Of a stretch of DNA of 64,000 nt, positions 48,186 to 59,685 are shown piece after piece. Under the pieces are notes generated by a model that was given only the letters and a program-made list of their open reading frames with translations, searched no databases and was not told where the DNA came from. How positions within the stretch are numbered: the stretch's first letter is position 1; every line of letters begins with the position of its first letter. The position numbers and the translations under genes were made by a program. Origin of the DNA: Rhodosorus marinus CCMP1338 (lineage: Eukaryota > Plantae > Rhodophyta); contig JAMWBK010000007.1 of assembly GCA_029953675.1 (NCBI GenBank), positions 1,984,001 through 2,048,000 of the forward strand, in the 5' to 3' direction.

Positions 48186-51100
48186 GGCATTAAGGAGTGG
48201 AACACACGCTAGAATTTACAAGGATCCATATCTAGTACGGAGCACGCTTGCTTTTGCCATGAGGTACTGCTCGCGAATGACTGCTTGTTTTATGCTTTGT
48301 GGTGAACCGAGGTAGATAGGAACTTGTTAAGTATCCGGTGGGAGATAGTGTTGAGAGGCTATCCTACTAGTGCTGAACTGAGGGGTTGAGAAACGTGATC
48401 TGCACGGAAGGGGGTTTTCGGTGGATTTTACGAATAGAAAAGCCTGTTTGTTTATCGAGCTCAACCAATCGAGGTATACGTATCGACGCTTGTTAAAGAC
48501 ACAGTGCGTGCATCATTACCAATAGAGAAAGAGCTGGCTCGTCCCAGGACAGAAGCAGTTTCGCCAAAGAAAGAATGAAGTAACGGGGGGGTGTACTGGG
48601 GAAAGTCCTCGACCGTACCAATCGGGGGACGATCGAGGGACATCGACAACCAATTCTGGAATTAGACCGGTGGCTTAGTTCTCTCCAATTGGCCTCTACT
48701 TACACATCCAGAATCTCATTGTTCACCCAAAGTATACTTCCTCGGCAACAGGAGCCACGGTACCTCCACGCCAGAAAGCCGAACTGTTCGGCAACGGGTG
48801 GGAAGCAATGTTCCAACTATTGTTCTCTACTTCAAAAGCTTACACTGCTTATGTTCGAGAGCTTTAAACACTAGAGAAGCTCGTGGACTAGAGAAGCTCG
48901 TGTAAGCGGAAAGGTCCCTCCTCAGCTTGGAAAACACTTTCTGTGATGAAAACACCTTCCGACTTTTACTCCGCCTACGTGTTTGTGGCGACACGGAAAG
49001 CTAGTTGGCAATGTAATGACCCCGCAAATCACTACCCGGAATCTTCAAGGAAACAGTCTTAAGGAAATCGCCTCGATAGACGGGCGTTTCTTTCAGCCCG
49101 ATACGCCACTCTCGAGTAAAATGGATAAATAGACTCTCCACCCTGAAAGAATCTACTAAGCTAAGCTTCTGAACGCTGGGGCGCGATTGCATCTCCACTT
49201 GACAACCCCACTCGATACCAGTCGCGGGGTGCGCTGCCCCTGGACCCACCCCTCACATTTGGTGACGTATGATGAGGTCAATGCGATATTTACAACAAAT
49301 GCACTGAACTCAGTTCTAAGCATCTAATTCTGAGTATATACTCAAATTTATCGTTACGATCACAACATAAATATTTAAAAGACATATATCTAGACTTTAG
49401 TTCTTAATAAAGGTAGTTTTTCTTTAATATATGCAAACTCTGGTGTCGTGGCGAGCAAAATCGTCCGCACTTTGGAATTGTAAGGAAAAGAAAAGAGTTT
49501 GAAATGTGGCTCTTTCCAATTGCTGAATTCATGATGAGATTGTTTTTATGCACTTTTGTCTCTGAGATCCCCGTTTTACGTCCAGTAAATACACTAGAGT
49601 TAATATTTCCGTATATTTTACGCCGAAAAAGGATCCTAGTAAGAAAAAAAGGTATATAATGTTAAAAGAAAAAAAGGTATATAATGTTAAAGGGGTATAT
49701 ATTTGTTTTTATGTACAAAACACAGGCATTGGAGCTCCGCCCAGTGTTTTTTTTTGGTCCTTAAGTAGTTTTGATCCATATCGTTTATCTATAATTGAAT
49801 TGACCTTCTGGAGCCTGTTTTATTTTTTTTTTGGTGAATTCTGAGATATCATAGCCGATCGGGGAGGATTCGTTTCTACTCTCGAATTTCCCAAAAAAGG
49901 AAAAAAACAGAGTCTTGGGGCTGGTGGAAATTGTTTTTACCTTCTACAGATGAATTTATTCAAATAAAAAGAAAAGTGAAAACATCATTTTCGTGACCTG
50001 CCCGTGCCCGTTTGCAGCTGCTTACGGTTTCCTTGAAAATATCAGATTTTTAACGGTCGTACCCCTTTTAGATTCCTGAATGAAATCTAAAGCAACCATT
50101 TTTTCTTCGGACCGTTTGAGTTGCGTATTCCTTGGTATTATGTAGATAAATATTTTCCGGCAAAAAGACGAGCTCATTCGAGTTTTTCCACCACATTAGT
50201 CTTCGTTAATTGGCCAAAAATATTATTGTTTGCTACTTAATGGCTGAAGTAGGAGGCAGGATTATTGAATTGATATATATTATGCATATAGTGCTATAAT
50301 TCTTAATATAAACATGTTTCTTCATCATGTATTGACGCAACTTTTGTGTCCAATTGATATGTTTTCAATATTTTCAAGTTGTTTCTCAGGGAAGACCATG
50401 ATCTATGATCCCCGGCATTCGAGTATGTTGTATTTCGGAAATAATAGAACGCCCTCTTCCATGAGGTTTTTGAGAAGCTTTTATGAGATTTCTTTTTTTT
50501 TGACTTTCTTTTTGTTGTTGTCTATGAAAGCGAAAATCCTAAAACGGTCCTCTCTATTGATTTTTGGAAATATGTTTCTGGCCACGAAACAAATGGGCCA
50601 TTAGGAAAAACTGGGGAACTCGGGGCTTGTTTGTAACATTGGTACCTCACTCTAAAGGTGAGAGGTCATGTGTCCCGATATTTTTTTGTAATTTTTTTAT
50701 CTTGGTCGTGGTGAGGTTGGTGGGTCGTGCTGACTCTTCGTAGAGTATCTTTTCTTCTTTTTTTCTGGATTTTTTTTTCTGGTGGCTCTGGTCGTTGTTA
50801 ATTATCCTATTTTTTGGGGGGGGGGGAGGTGTTGAGATTCCAATTTGTGGGGTTTCGTGAGGGGAGCTTGGTCGTTTTACGATGGCAGCAGCAGTGGCAA
50901 AACGGCAGAGTTCATAAAGGCTGAGAGCTTGGATAAGTGCTGGGCGGAAGGTGGGGAGGAGAGGAGTACTGTAAAGGAGGGAGAGGTCGATTTTTTTTGT
51001 TGGATAAGGAGGTATCATCTTTTGTGAGGGAGAGATACAATCTTGCGCCGTTGGAGGGAGCAGCTGGCTGAGCATTTGAGGGGATTGGAAGGGTCCCAAC

Positions 51101-53431
51101 ATGGTGGATTCAGCGACTGTGGGGCTGATTTACTCGGCCGTGATTGGAATTGTTGTTTTCCTGATATTTTGGGTACTGTTCGAGCTGTTGAGGTGTTCGA
51201 GACCGCACATCTTCCAATTCAGGAAGTGGATCCAGGACTACGAAGAAAATTTCAAGGAGTTTCGAGATGAAAATGGGGAATTTGTGAGCTATCTACCGAA
51301 CCAACCGCCCCGAGGTTGGTTCAAATGGTTTTCTACTTCCATGAAAGTGACTGATCACGAAATCCAACAGTACATAGGCTATGACGCTAGTCTATATTTG
51401 ATGTCGTTGTGGAATAAGATTATCTTCTTCAGCATACTTGCAGGGATAACGTGCATTATTCTTATACCGGTCTACGCTACGGCCCCCGGTCAAAAGGCTG
51501 CTGGAGGGGTTGCTCTTCTCTCCATGTCAAACTTGGAGACCGGCAGCGCTCGATTTTGGGCGACGTTCATTGTGGACTTCGTCCTTGCTTATATATCTAT
51601 CATATACGCCTTGATAGAGTGCCGTTCCTACGTTAAGCGCAGAGAACAGTTCAGGGCTGAGAATATTGCCGCGAATTATGCAGTTTCTGTCATGGATTTG
51701 AGGAAGGACAGGAACACCGCTGAACTAGTTCGTGAAGATTTTGAGAAGGTGCTCCCCGGAGAAGTGGATGGTGTTCAACTAACGTACGGTTCAGCGTACC
51801 TACGGAAGAGGTTCAATCTGTACAGAGCTGCTCAAAACCAAAAGGAAATAGCACAGTATCAAATTGACAATGGCAAAGACGGAAAGCGTCCGCGGCATCA
51901 TACAGTACCCTGTACATGCTGCTGCACTGGCACGGTCGACTCACAGGAATACTGGAGCGAGCAACAGGCCAAGCGTGGGGAAGAAATTGAAACAGAGCAG
52001 GAGAAGATGGACCCAAAACTTGTTAAACCTTGCGATTCAGCGATTGTTGTGTTCAAGACGAAAAAGGCTGCCTCGGTCGCAGCGCAAACCAAGCTTTTCG
52101 GGATGCCGCTGGACTCATACACTATTATGAGGCTCCAAGCGTTTAAGTCTGTACACTGGCACGGGATGCGGCTGAGCTACTTTGCGGGGCTTGGGTTTAG
52201 CATAAACCTTTGGGTCTGGCTGGCTGTTATCCTCATTTTGTGGGTGCCCATCACTACTGCGATTATGAGTTTGGCGAACTTGGAGACACTTGCCGAAATA
52301 GACGCGTTTTCATGGCTCGCAGATATTCTCAGTGCGTCGGAGGCGGTGAAGGGTCTGATTGAAGGGTTCCTTCCCCCGGTTATTACGATCGTTTTGGCCC
52401 TACTGCCGGCTATCCTTATCGTGATGTTCGCTGGGCTTGAGCGACACCCATCGCTTGAGCTGGCGCAGAACAAACAGCGGACGATGCGCTTTATTTTCCT
52501 TTTCTTCGCCTCGTTCCTGTATGTTGTGCTGGCAGGAACGGCTCTTGAGTACCTGGACATTCTTATTCAAGACCCTACGCAGATTGTGTCGTTTTTGGCA
52601 AAGGCCATTCCAGAACAGGCAACCTTCTTTTTGAATTATGTGCTGACTGCTTGCTTCATTGGGAACGCTCTCGCTCTAAGCCAAGTCGTTCGCATGATAG
52701 TGATACCCCTCTTCAAGAAACTTTTCAAGACCCCTAGACAGAGAAAGGGAGCTCAGACGTTCGGGGCGTTGTTCAACTATGTCGTGTTTTACAGTACTAC
52801 CGGACTGCTGAGTACCATCACCATCATATACTCTTCGATGGCACCGTTGATCAACGTATTTGCGGTCATATACTTCTTGCTGACGTACGTTGTTCAGAAG
52901 CACAACCTTATCTACACGCATTACTGCAACTATGAGCACGGCGGCAGTATGTTCTGGGGCAACGTACAGTGGAACTTTGTTGCCTTGTACCTGAAGACGC
53001 TGACGATGTGCGGAGTTATGGGACTCAACGAAGCGATCGGACCTGCCATCGTCTCAGCGATCAACCTGATCCCTTTGCTAGTTATGCATGTATATGTGAA
53101 CAAACGCTATGGAACCGTAGGCTGGCACGGCTCCTTGGAGATGGGCAGCGGCAAGCCTGCACGGGAGGAGGTCAATCCGAATTACGTGCCTCAATACAAG
53201 ACTCCCGAGCTCTGGAAGATTTCAGATGTTCCTCTATTGAAGGAACCCATGGACGACTTAGAAACCGAGTTTTATGATGCGGAAGAGGGCGCGCTGAAGG
53301 ACGACCTAGAGAGTCAGAAGATCGGAGAGCCAGAGTTCGAAGTTGTTGAGGAGCAACCTGCTGGAGGCGAAGAAGCTGTGGCTATGCCGGAAGAAGTAGA
53401 CGCCAATGTAGAGCAGACAACTTCAGTCTAA
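51101..53431 (+). CDS. OSCA/TMEM63 (CSC1/ERD4) channel, intronless copy, 776 aa
   Basis: FWVLFELLR, DASLYL, LIPVYAT, SMSNL...RFWA, AANYAVSVMDL, TVDSQEYW, AIVVF, VHWHGM, IEGFLPPVI, AIPEQATFFLNYV, YSSMAPLINVF. Confidence 0.95.
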   Translation: MVDSATVGLIYSAVIGIVVFLIFWVLFELLRCSRPHIFQFRKWIQDYEENFKEFRDENGEFVSYLPNQPPRGWFKWFSTSMKVTDHEIQQYIGYDASLYLMSLWNKIIFFSILAGITCIILIPVYATAPGQKAAGGVALLSMSNLETGSARFWATFIVDFVLAYISIIYALIECRSYVKRREQFRAENIAANYAVSVMDLRKDRNTAELVREDFEKVLPGEVDGVQLTYGSAYLRKRFNLYRAAQNQKEIAQYQIDNGKDGKRPRHHTVPCTCCCTGTVDSQEYWSEQQAKRGEEIETEQEKMDPKLVKPCDSAIVVFKTKKAASVAAQTKLFGMPLDSYTIMRLQAFKSVHWHGMRLSYFAGLGFSINLWVWLAVILILWVPITTAIMSLANLETLAEIDAFSWLADILSASEAVKGLIEGFLPPVITIVLALLPAILIVMFAGLERHPSLELAQNKQRTMRFIFLFFASFLYVVLAGTALEYLDILIQDPTQIVSFLAKAIPEQATFFLNYVLTACFIGNALALSQVVRMIVIPLFKKLFKTPRQRKGAQTFGALFNYVVFYSTTGLLSTITIIYSSMAPLINVFAVIYFLLTYVVQKHNLIYTHYCNYEHGGSMFWGNVQWNFVALYLKTLTMCGVMGLNEAIGPAIVSAINLIPLLVMHVYVNKRYGTVGWHGSLEMGSGKPAREEVNPNYVPQYKTPELWKISDVPLLKEPMDDLETEFYDAEEGALKDDLESQKIGEPEFEVVEEQPAGGEEAVAMPEEVDANVEQTTSV

Positions 53432-53618
53432 TCGTATGGGTTTGAGCCATCTTGCAAGAATGCCCGGGGAATTTGCATTTGTCATGTCCAGCTTGACGCG
53501 AGCAACCAGATAGGGAAGGGGTGCTAGAACCAGTGTTGCTGTTCCCTTTTTGTTTTGTTGTAGAAAGCTCACCACCCTCTCCACGCTGTAGCGCTGACAA
53601 TGACTGACCCAGTCTACC

Positions 53619-53806
53619 AGATCACAGTGCAACTGGTGCGTTGAAATAAGAGGCGCTGTTGTTTTGCTGATATCGCTAGAGCGACGAAGTTGGTAGAGGA
53701 AAAGCTTTAGCCTTGTAGATCACTCTGCAACTGGTGTGTTGAAATGAGAGGCGCTGTTGTTTTGCTGATATCGCTAGAGCGAAGTTGGGTGGAAGAAAAG
53801 CTTAGC
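53619..53806. repeat. 98-bp two-copy tandem duplication between convergent 3' ends
   Basis: AGATCAC..TGCAACTGGTG.GTTGAAAT.AGAGGCGCTGTTGTTTTGCTGATATCGCTAGAGCG at 53619 and 53717. Confidence 0.9.
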
Positions 53807-54089
53807 TTTGTTACTGATTTTTGTCCTTTTTTGTTTTGTTCCTATTAGTCGATGCAATGGATTACACACAGCGATCGCGGAAGGCTTTCTTACGCAACTA
53901 AACTGGTCCTCACGCAAATTCTTTTTGTCAAACCCCCCCCCACCCGGTCCCTTATTGTCAAACCCCCTACCCCCTTCATTCGGGTAGTGATTCTTTCTCG
54001 CTAGGTGCTTGAAGTGCCACTCATCCCGCACTTGCGACAGGCGAGGGGAAAGGCCAACAGATGCTTCATCATCGCGCTCGCATACGGTT

Positions 54090-56213
54090 TCACTCCGGAA
54101 GCGGATCATGATCCTCTTCTCTGGTTTCTTGAGATCTGGCAGATCCAACAAACTCTCCATCAGAATTGTAGGATCTGAAAATTCGAATCCGTGTGTTCGG
54201 GTTGTCGAGTGGCATATACGTAGTGACAATGAACCATGGCTCCCGCCGGAGCAGGTTCATGGGGACATCGATAATCAGGTTCCCGGGAAGGAAAACAACT
54301 CTTCGGCCTCCCAGTCCGTTCTCAAGCAAGGGAAACTCAATACTCCGTCCGTCCTCACCCACTTTTCCGGCCAGCACGCTTTCAAATGACCCGAGGCGAA
54401 TTGATTCTATTAGGTCGCACTTACTAATACGTTCGCGATCCCTCTTCTTAGCCCGCTTTACGTTCGCGGAGTTCGATTTCTTCCGTTTTTTAGACTGCTT
54501 CACGGACGGATCTACCGTCTTAACCGAAGCAATTGCATTGGACACAAGCTCCTCCGGAAATTTTTCCTTATGCCACTTTGCGTTTCAGAAACAGACTGTA
54601 TCAGCTCTCAAAAGGGTCAGAACGCTTGAATTCTTTCGCAATACTAACCACCCCTCGGCTCTTTATTCTTGTGGTAGATCTGTGTATAGCAGCCGGAACG
54701 CAAGATATTGCCTCGCCAGACCAGGAGCCCAGAAGCTGCTCAATGCCCAAAGTTGACGATTCGACAACGTCCGTCGCAAGCGTAGTGTTGGAAGTTCTTT
54801 GAACACTAACTAGCACGGAATTGAAACCCTTCTCCCCAGAGGAAGATGAAACATTCAACCGCACGGTGAACTCATGCTCATTGAACAGGAACTCGCAGAA
54901 AAAGCTTTCGCTTTCCGTCTTCCTGAAGGAACCGGCCGAGTACGACCCGTCTGCGAAGACTACGGTCGACCGCGGGAGTTGAATCAAAGCCTCCATTTTA
55001 TCCCTGAAAGATTGAACCTTGACATCATCTTCTCTACCAGCGAGAGACTCCGTTGTAACGATATGAATAGCAGGCAGGTCCTTAACCATGGAGCTGCTCA
55101 AAGCATGGGGCTTCAGGCTTAGGGAATCCCAAATTTCGGCTTCAGTTTCGAAGCAATGTTCCGAATACCAGGACCTGCCCGTACGTGCTCCGAGCATATC
55201 GAACTCCAAAACCTGTCCCATCCATAAGCCTTGTAGCTTACTGGGTAAAACCTCACCCTGCACGATTGGGTCGACGACGACCGAGGCCTCGTTCGAGCCA
55301 TCTTCCTCACCCTCATCGAGGTTCGTATTGAATGGAAAAATCTGCTTCCTAGTGCCAGCTCTTCCGCCCCTCTTCTCCTCAGCTTCACGCCATTCTGCTA
55401 CATCATCTCGGTTCGGCTTTTCATCGAGTCCAGTCCATTCTATGGTCTCGCGGGAGTCAAGTTCTGCCAGCTCTTTTGCAGCTGCTTCCATTTTCTGCTG
55501 CGGACTCTTCTCCAAATCGCTCCATCTACAAAGTAGTTCAACAAAGTTTGTTGTGAGGAACCTTTGGTTCGACACTATCCACAGGTTTCCGCAATTCTTC
55601 TTACTTCAGAGGCCTGATCTTGCTCAGGTCCACTCGATCAATAGGAACGACATGCACGTCATCAACGGACAATGGTGGAGGGTCTTCAACTTTTGGGTAT
55701 GGGCGACGATTGATGGGATCGAATGGGAGATCCGGAGTTCTCATGTACAACAGCTCTTCCTCTGAAAAATTCTCCTCCCACAGCATGGGAACAAATCCCA
55801 TGCGCCTCAAGTCTTCTACTTCATCTTCGACGTCCTCGTCAAGGAGTTCAGAGTCGTCTTTGGGGGGTCGGACAAAGTCTTTAAATCCGAAGGATCTCCT
55901 GTGTTCTTCTAATCGCCTCAGAACATCTTAGAAAAGATTTGGAAAGAAAAACAAGAACGATCATTTGAATTTAGTCGATTGAGCCTGCGGATGTAATAAC
56001 ATGTCCCCGAGTACTTCTACCATCATCATCCACGTCGTCGGAATCATCCATCCGAGACCAGAAATCATCGTCCTCCACGTCATCTCCTTTTCCCGTTGAG
56101 TTAAACACCGGCAGAAGTCCGTACGTGCGCTCTTTCCTACTTTTACACGAGCTCCTTCTGTTTCGGAAGCCAACCCTGCCCAACAAAGTCACCTCACAAA
56201 AGCATGAAGCCAT
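54090..56213 (-). CDS. Plastid-targeted DUF3598/BFA1-like double beta-barrel protein; 4 exons (introns 56020-55927, 55604-55526, 54648-54576)
   Basis: Spliced frame runs MASCF...DDG|DVLRRL...PLK|WSDLEK...KSRGV|WHKEKFP...RIFRSYNSDGEF...E*. Barrel starts LQGLWMGQVLEFD and LLGSWSGEAI. The gene model is better supported than the family call. Confidence 0.6.
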
Positions 56214-56698
56214 CAAGAATCCCCACAGACTTGTCTCCTTCTCCAAAAAGCTGCACCCTCCCCGTCCCGAAATCTCAATAATAAACTTCCATTCCCATTT
56301 CGACTTTTAACGAAATTACAAGATCCAAACAAAACATAACATACAACTTTCAAAAACTACTAGACCTTTTCCAGGAACTTTCTAACCACGCTCACCACCC
56401 AGTCCAGGCGGCGCCTTCAGCATGACTCCCAACGAACACAATGTGATCCCAACAACTTCCTCAATCTCTTGCTCAACATCGGATTTCGGATATCAAATTT
56501 TCATTCAAAAAAGTCCCACTCAAAATATAAAACCACAATAAAAAATGCGGTGTTTCCAATATACGACAAAATTTTAAGAATATATTAGATTTTGTCATGC
56601 TTCGTACGAAATAGAACCTTAGTACGATATTAGTAAAATATACTATCGAATAAACGAAGAAAACTTCTTGTACGTCGGAATTACACCCTTTGAAAAAA

Positions 56699-56819
56699 TG
56701 TGTCCGATAAAGCACGTTTATCAGACATGTTTTTTCAATTAGTTTCGATGATATATACTGAAATTTCTTCGTTTATTAGATTTTTCAAATGATTCGGTAT
56801 TTATCGGACGTTTTATGAC
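56699..56819. mobile_element. Partial second copy (one TIR plus subterminal motifs) of the 16.9-kb TIR element family
   Basis: TATTTATCGGACGTTTTATGAC (56798-56819) matches the reverse complement of the left TIR core at 21/22. The TGTCTGATAAACG motif is also shared. Confidence 0.6.
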
Positions 56820-59685
56820 GGCGCGGAATATATGTGGTTTTATTGGGTGAGGCTGAATCAATTGGGAAGAAACGCCTTTTTTGTAATGGGACGCTGCAAC
56901 GCTTATATTCGGTAGCTGCCTGTCGCAGCGCAACGCAAGCAGTCTCAAGGCGCTCTAGATAGACCCGATCCCCCGAGGGTTGACGGTAGAGCTTGCTGTT
57001 CAAGTCTCATTTGGGAAATCCTAGTGATGGTGTACCTGGCGTAGAATCATTGAGAGCCTCACAATAGGCCGCCATGCACTGGACGGCGTTGATTACTTGG
57101 GCCCGAGTGGTGGGCTTCCGGGACTGGGAAACAGCCCAAAGGTTCGGAGAAATACAACGGAGGTTCAGTATTTCTGACATGGTCTCATCGCTTGGTGCGA
57201 TTTAGAGAAAGGAGAGTCCAGAGCGCGGGATAAGGGACGGGAAGGCGATTTGGTTGTTGGGACGAGGGGGAGTTACTCGAACGGGGACGGCGGCCGACTG
57301 AAGGACTTCAAGCTGCCCTTTGTGTGTTCAGTGGATAACAAGAGTCGTGCCTGTCCTTCAGGCACTGGCGCTTCCAGACAGAGACCTTTCTCGATTTGAA
57401 AGATCTCAGGGAGGTAATAGACAACCCGGAGAGGCCACGGACGCCGAGAGACGATATGTCTCAGCGGTATTCTCGCGGGTGCGGGAAGGACCGGCATTGG
57501 ATATAGGGCTATCCTCATCTAAGGGGGGAGCCCCACACGAGGTTTGGGCAGTAGCTTCTTGTGACTTGACGAAATTTGTTGCACAATATCAACCCTACTC
57601 GGGACATGAACCTTCTGTACCCCAAGCCTGTGAAACTGTGCAAGCTACGGGAGTTCGAGATCTCAACAGGCTTTCGATAGGCTTGTGCGGTCATCCGTGG
57701 CAGGGATTGGAATCTGGAAGACTGAATGAGAACTGTGACAGGCCTGTTTGGTTCTTTTGACATATGCGTGTGGTCGGGATTTGGTTTCAAGTTGTACGCG
57801 CCCTTACGAAAAGGAGTGCTCGTGTTCCTGTTGCAAGGAGAAGCAATCTCTGAGCAACCATGTCTGATGTCTCAGGAGCCGAGGGAAGGTCCATGAGAGC
57901 TGCCAATTAGCGACTTCAGTGCCTCGATTGCAGTACACGTAATCCATCGTGAAACTCGTTGCTGTTCACGAAACTCCAGTGTATCTACTAAGCTTTTCCC
58001 TCCTACCAGAACCGTTTTGGTATCCCCGACAAGCTCGTTTGCCTGGGATAAACTCGCATCCCAGAAACAGCATCGTAAACTGGACGCTCACAATGCATCC
58101 TGAAAAAATACTAAAATGTGCAAGATTTTCGCAATTATTGTATTAGAAGATTACAGATACTATTGATAGTCCAATCGTACACCTTCCACATCCCACATTG
58201 ATATACTAGTTTCGAAAATTCTCCATTACAAGAATTTTGTACAGTCACTATATCTTAACTGAGAACATATATCCAATTGCAGTGCGGCGATGTACCTTCC
58301 GAAATACGATGGGAGTGAAAAGATGCGGGCGCCCTAGGACCTAGCTCGGTTCTCACGGGGGGAGTGGAATGGTATCAATTACCTCCAACCATCGTACGCT
58401 TTTATAGAAGGCTATGTCTAGAATTACAACACCTGCGACACTTGTTGTTGTTCGTACTCACCACATGACGGATGTGTCAATGGCGCAAACAATAATTCGC
58501 ATAGTTCGCTCTTTCTATCAAGAGTAGAACTGGAGTTTTCAGAAGCGAAAAGGTGGCTTTGGAGGACTAAGGAGGCACTTGATATTCAAGTCCCAATACA
58601 GTGCTTCATCCCGCACTGCGTCTGGGAGTTGTTTTATGCGTGCTCCACTATGTTCATCCAAGTCGTTCACCAAGAATTTCCATATGTGATTCATGTACCC
58701 ATCCCCAAGGTTATCGAATTCAGCCCATTCCCGGCTAAGAACAGAAGTGGAGTGAGAATGAGAAAGCTTCCAAACTTACGAGGCTGAATAGAATTTCCAG
58801 GCGAACGACTGCAGCTTGAATCTCTTCTTTTTTTTCTTTTTTTTCCATACAAATCCAACTTTCGCCGTTTTGAAGATTTGTTTTCGCATTACATCACCAA
58901 GGATTTCTTAAAAACATCAGCAAAATATGAACTAGTTGACTGGAAAGGCCTCATTTGATCCAATTTAAGAGATAAATCATGAAAAAAGGATGATATTTTG
59001 ATAGGAAGAGAAAGAATCGTGCAATCTAGTAAAAGTATTTTAATATTGATCAAGTCATATTTGTATTTGTGTTGAAAATATCAACAACGGATATTGTGTT
59101 CGTAAATAATGAATATTAGACAACGTATTTCTTGAATAGTTATGAAAATTTGCTTACGCTTTATTAGGGGTTCGAGGTTTTTTTTGACTAATTTTGTAAC
59201 TGGAGTGTTGAAGCGATGTAAACAAGGAGGGGGGTGCCACTGGAGGAGTCGTTTTCAATAGCTGCTTTATCGGGATTGCCATTTTGATTTTGTAGAATCC
59301 TTCCATGAATGCGCACATTTGGTGGAACAGTTCTTGAGGTAGTTTTGGCAGTTGATTCGTGGTGACTCGACGTGGTTTTTTTTTTCCTTGGATACGTAAT
59401 GTAATGCCTCTTCGGTTGCTCGTCCCCGCGTCATCGGGTTGAGCATCTTTACACCATTGGTAAATGCCGCGATCGATTTGGACAATGTCGATTAAATTTT
59501 CGGAGTTTCAGGGCCGAAATTTCGCAGCGTTGGAGTCAGGGAAACAGGGAGCGTCTTCCTTGGTTTAGACCCGTTGATTATAAGAGAGAGCAAACGAAAA
59601 GAAGAATTTGCGTACAAACCTCGAAGCTGAAGATAGTTGTGAAAGAGAATTATGAACTTGGCGATTTTTGTGAAAATTGTGGACA

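Noticed and set aside
48461-49260. Short ORFs between the OSCA genes
   Set aside because: There are no recognisable motifs, and no splice model joins them.
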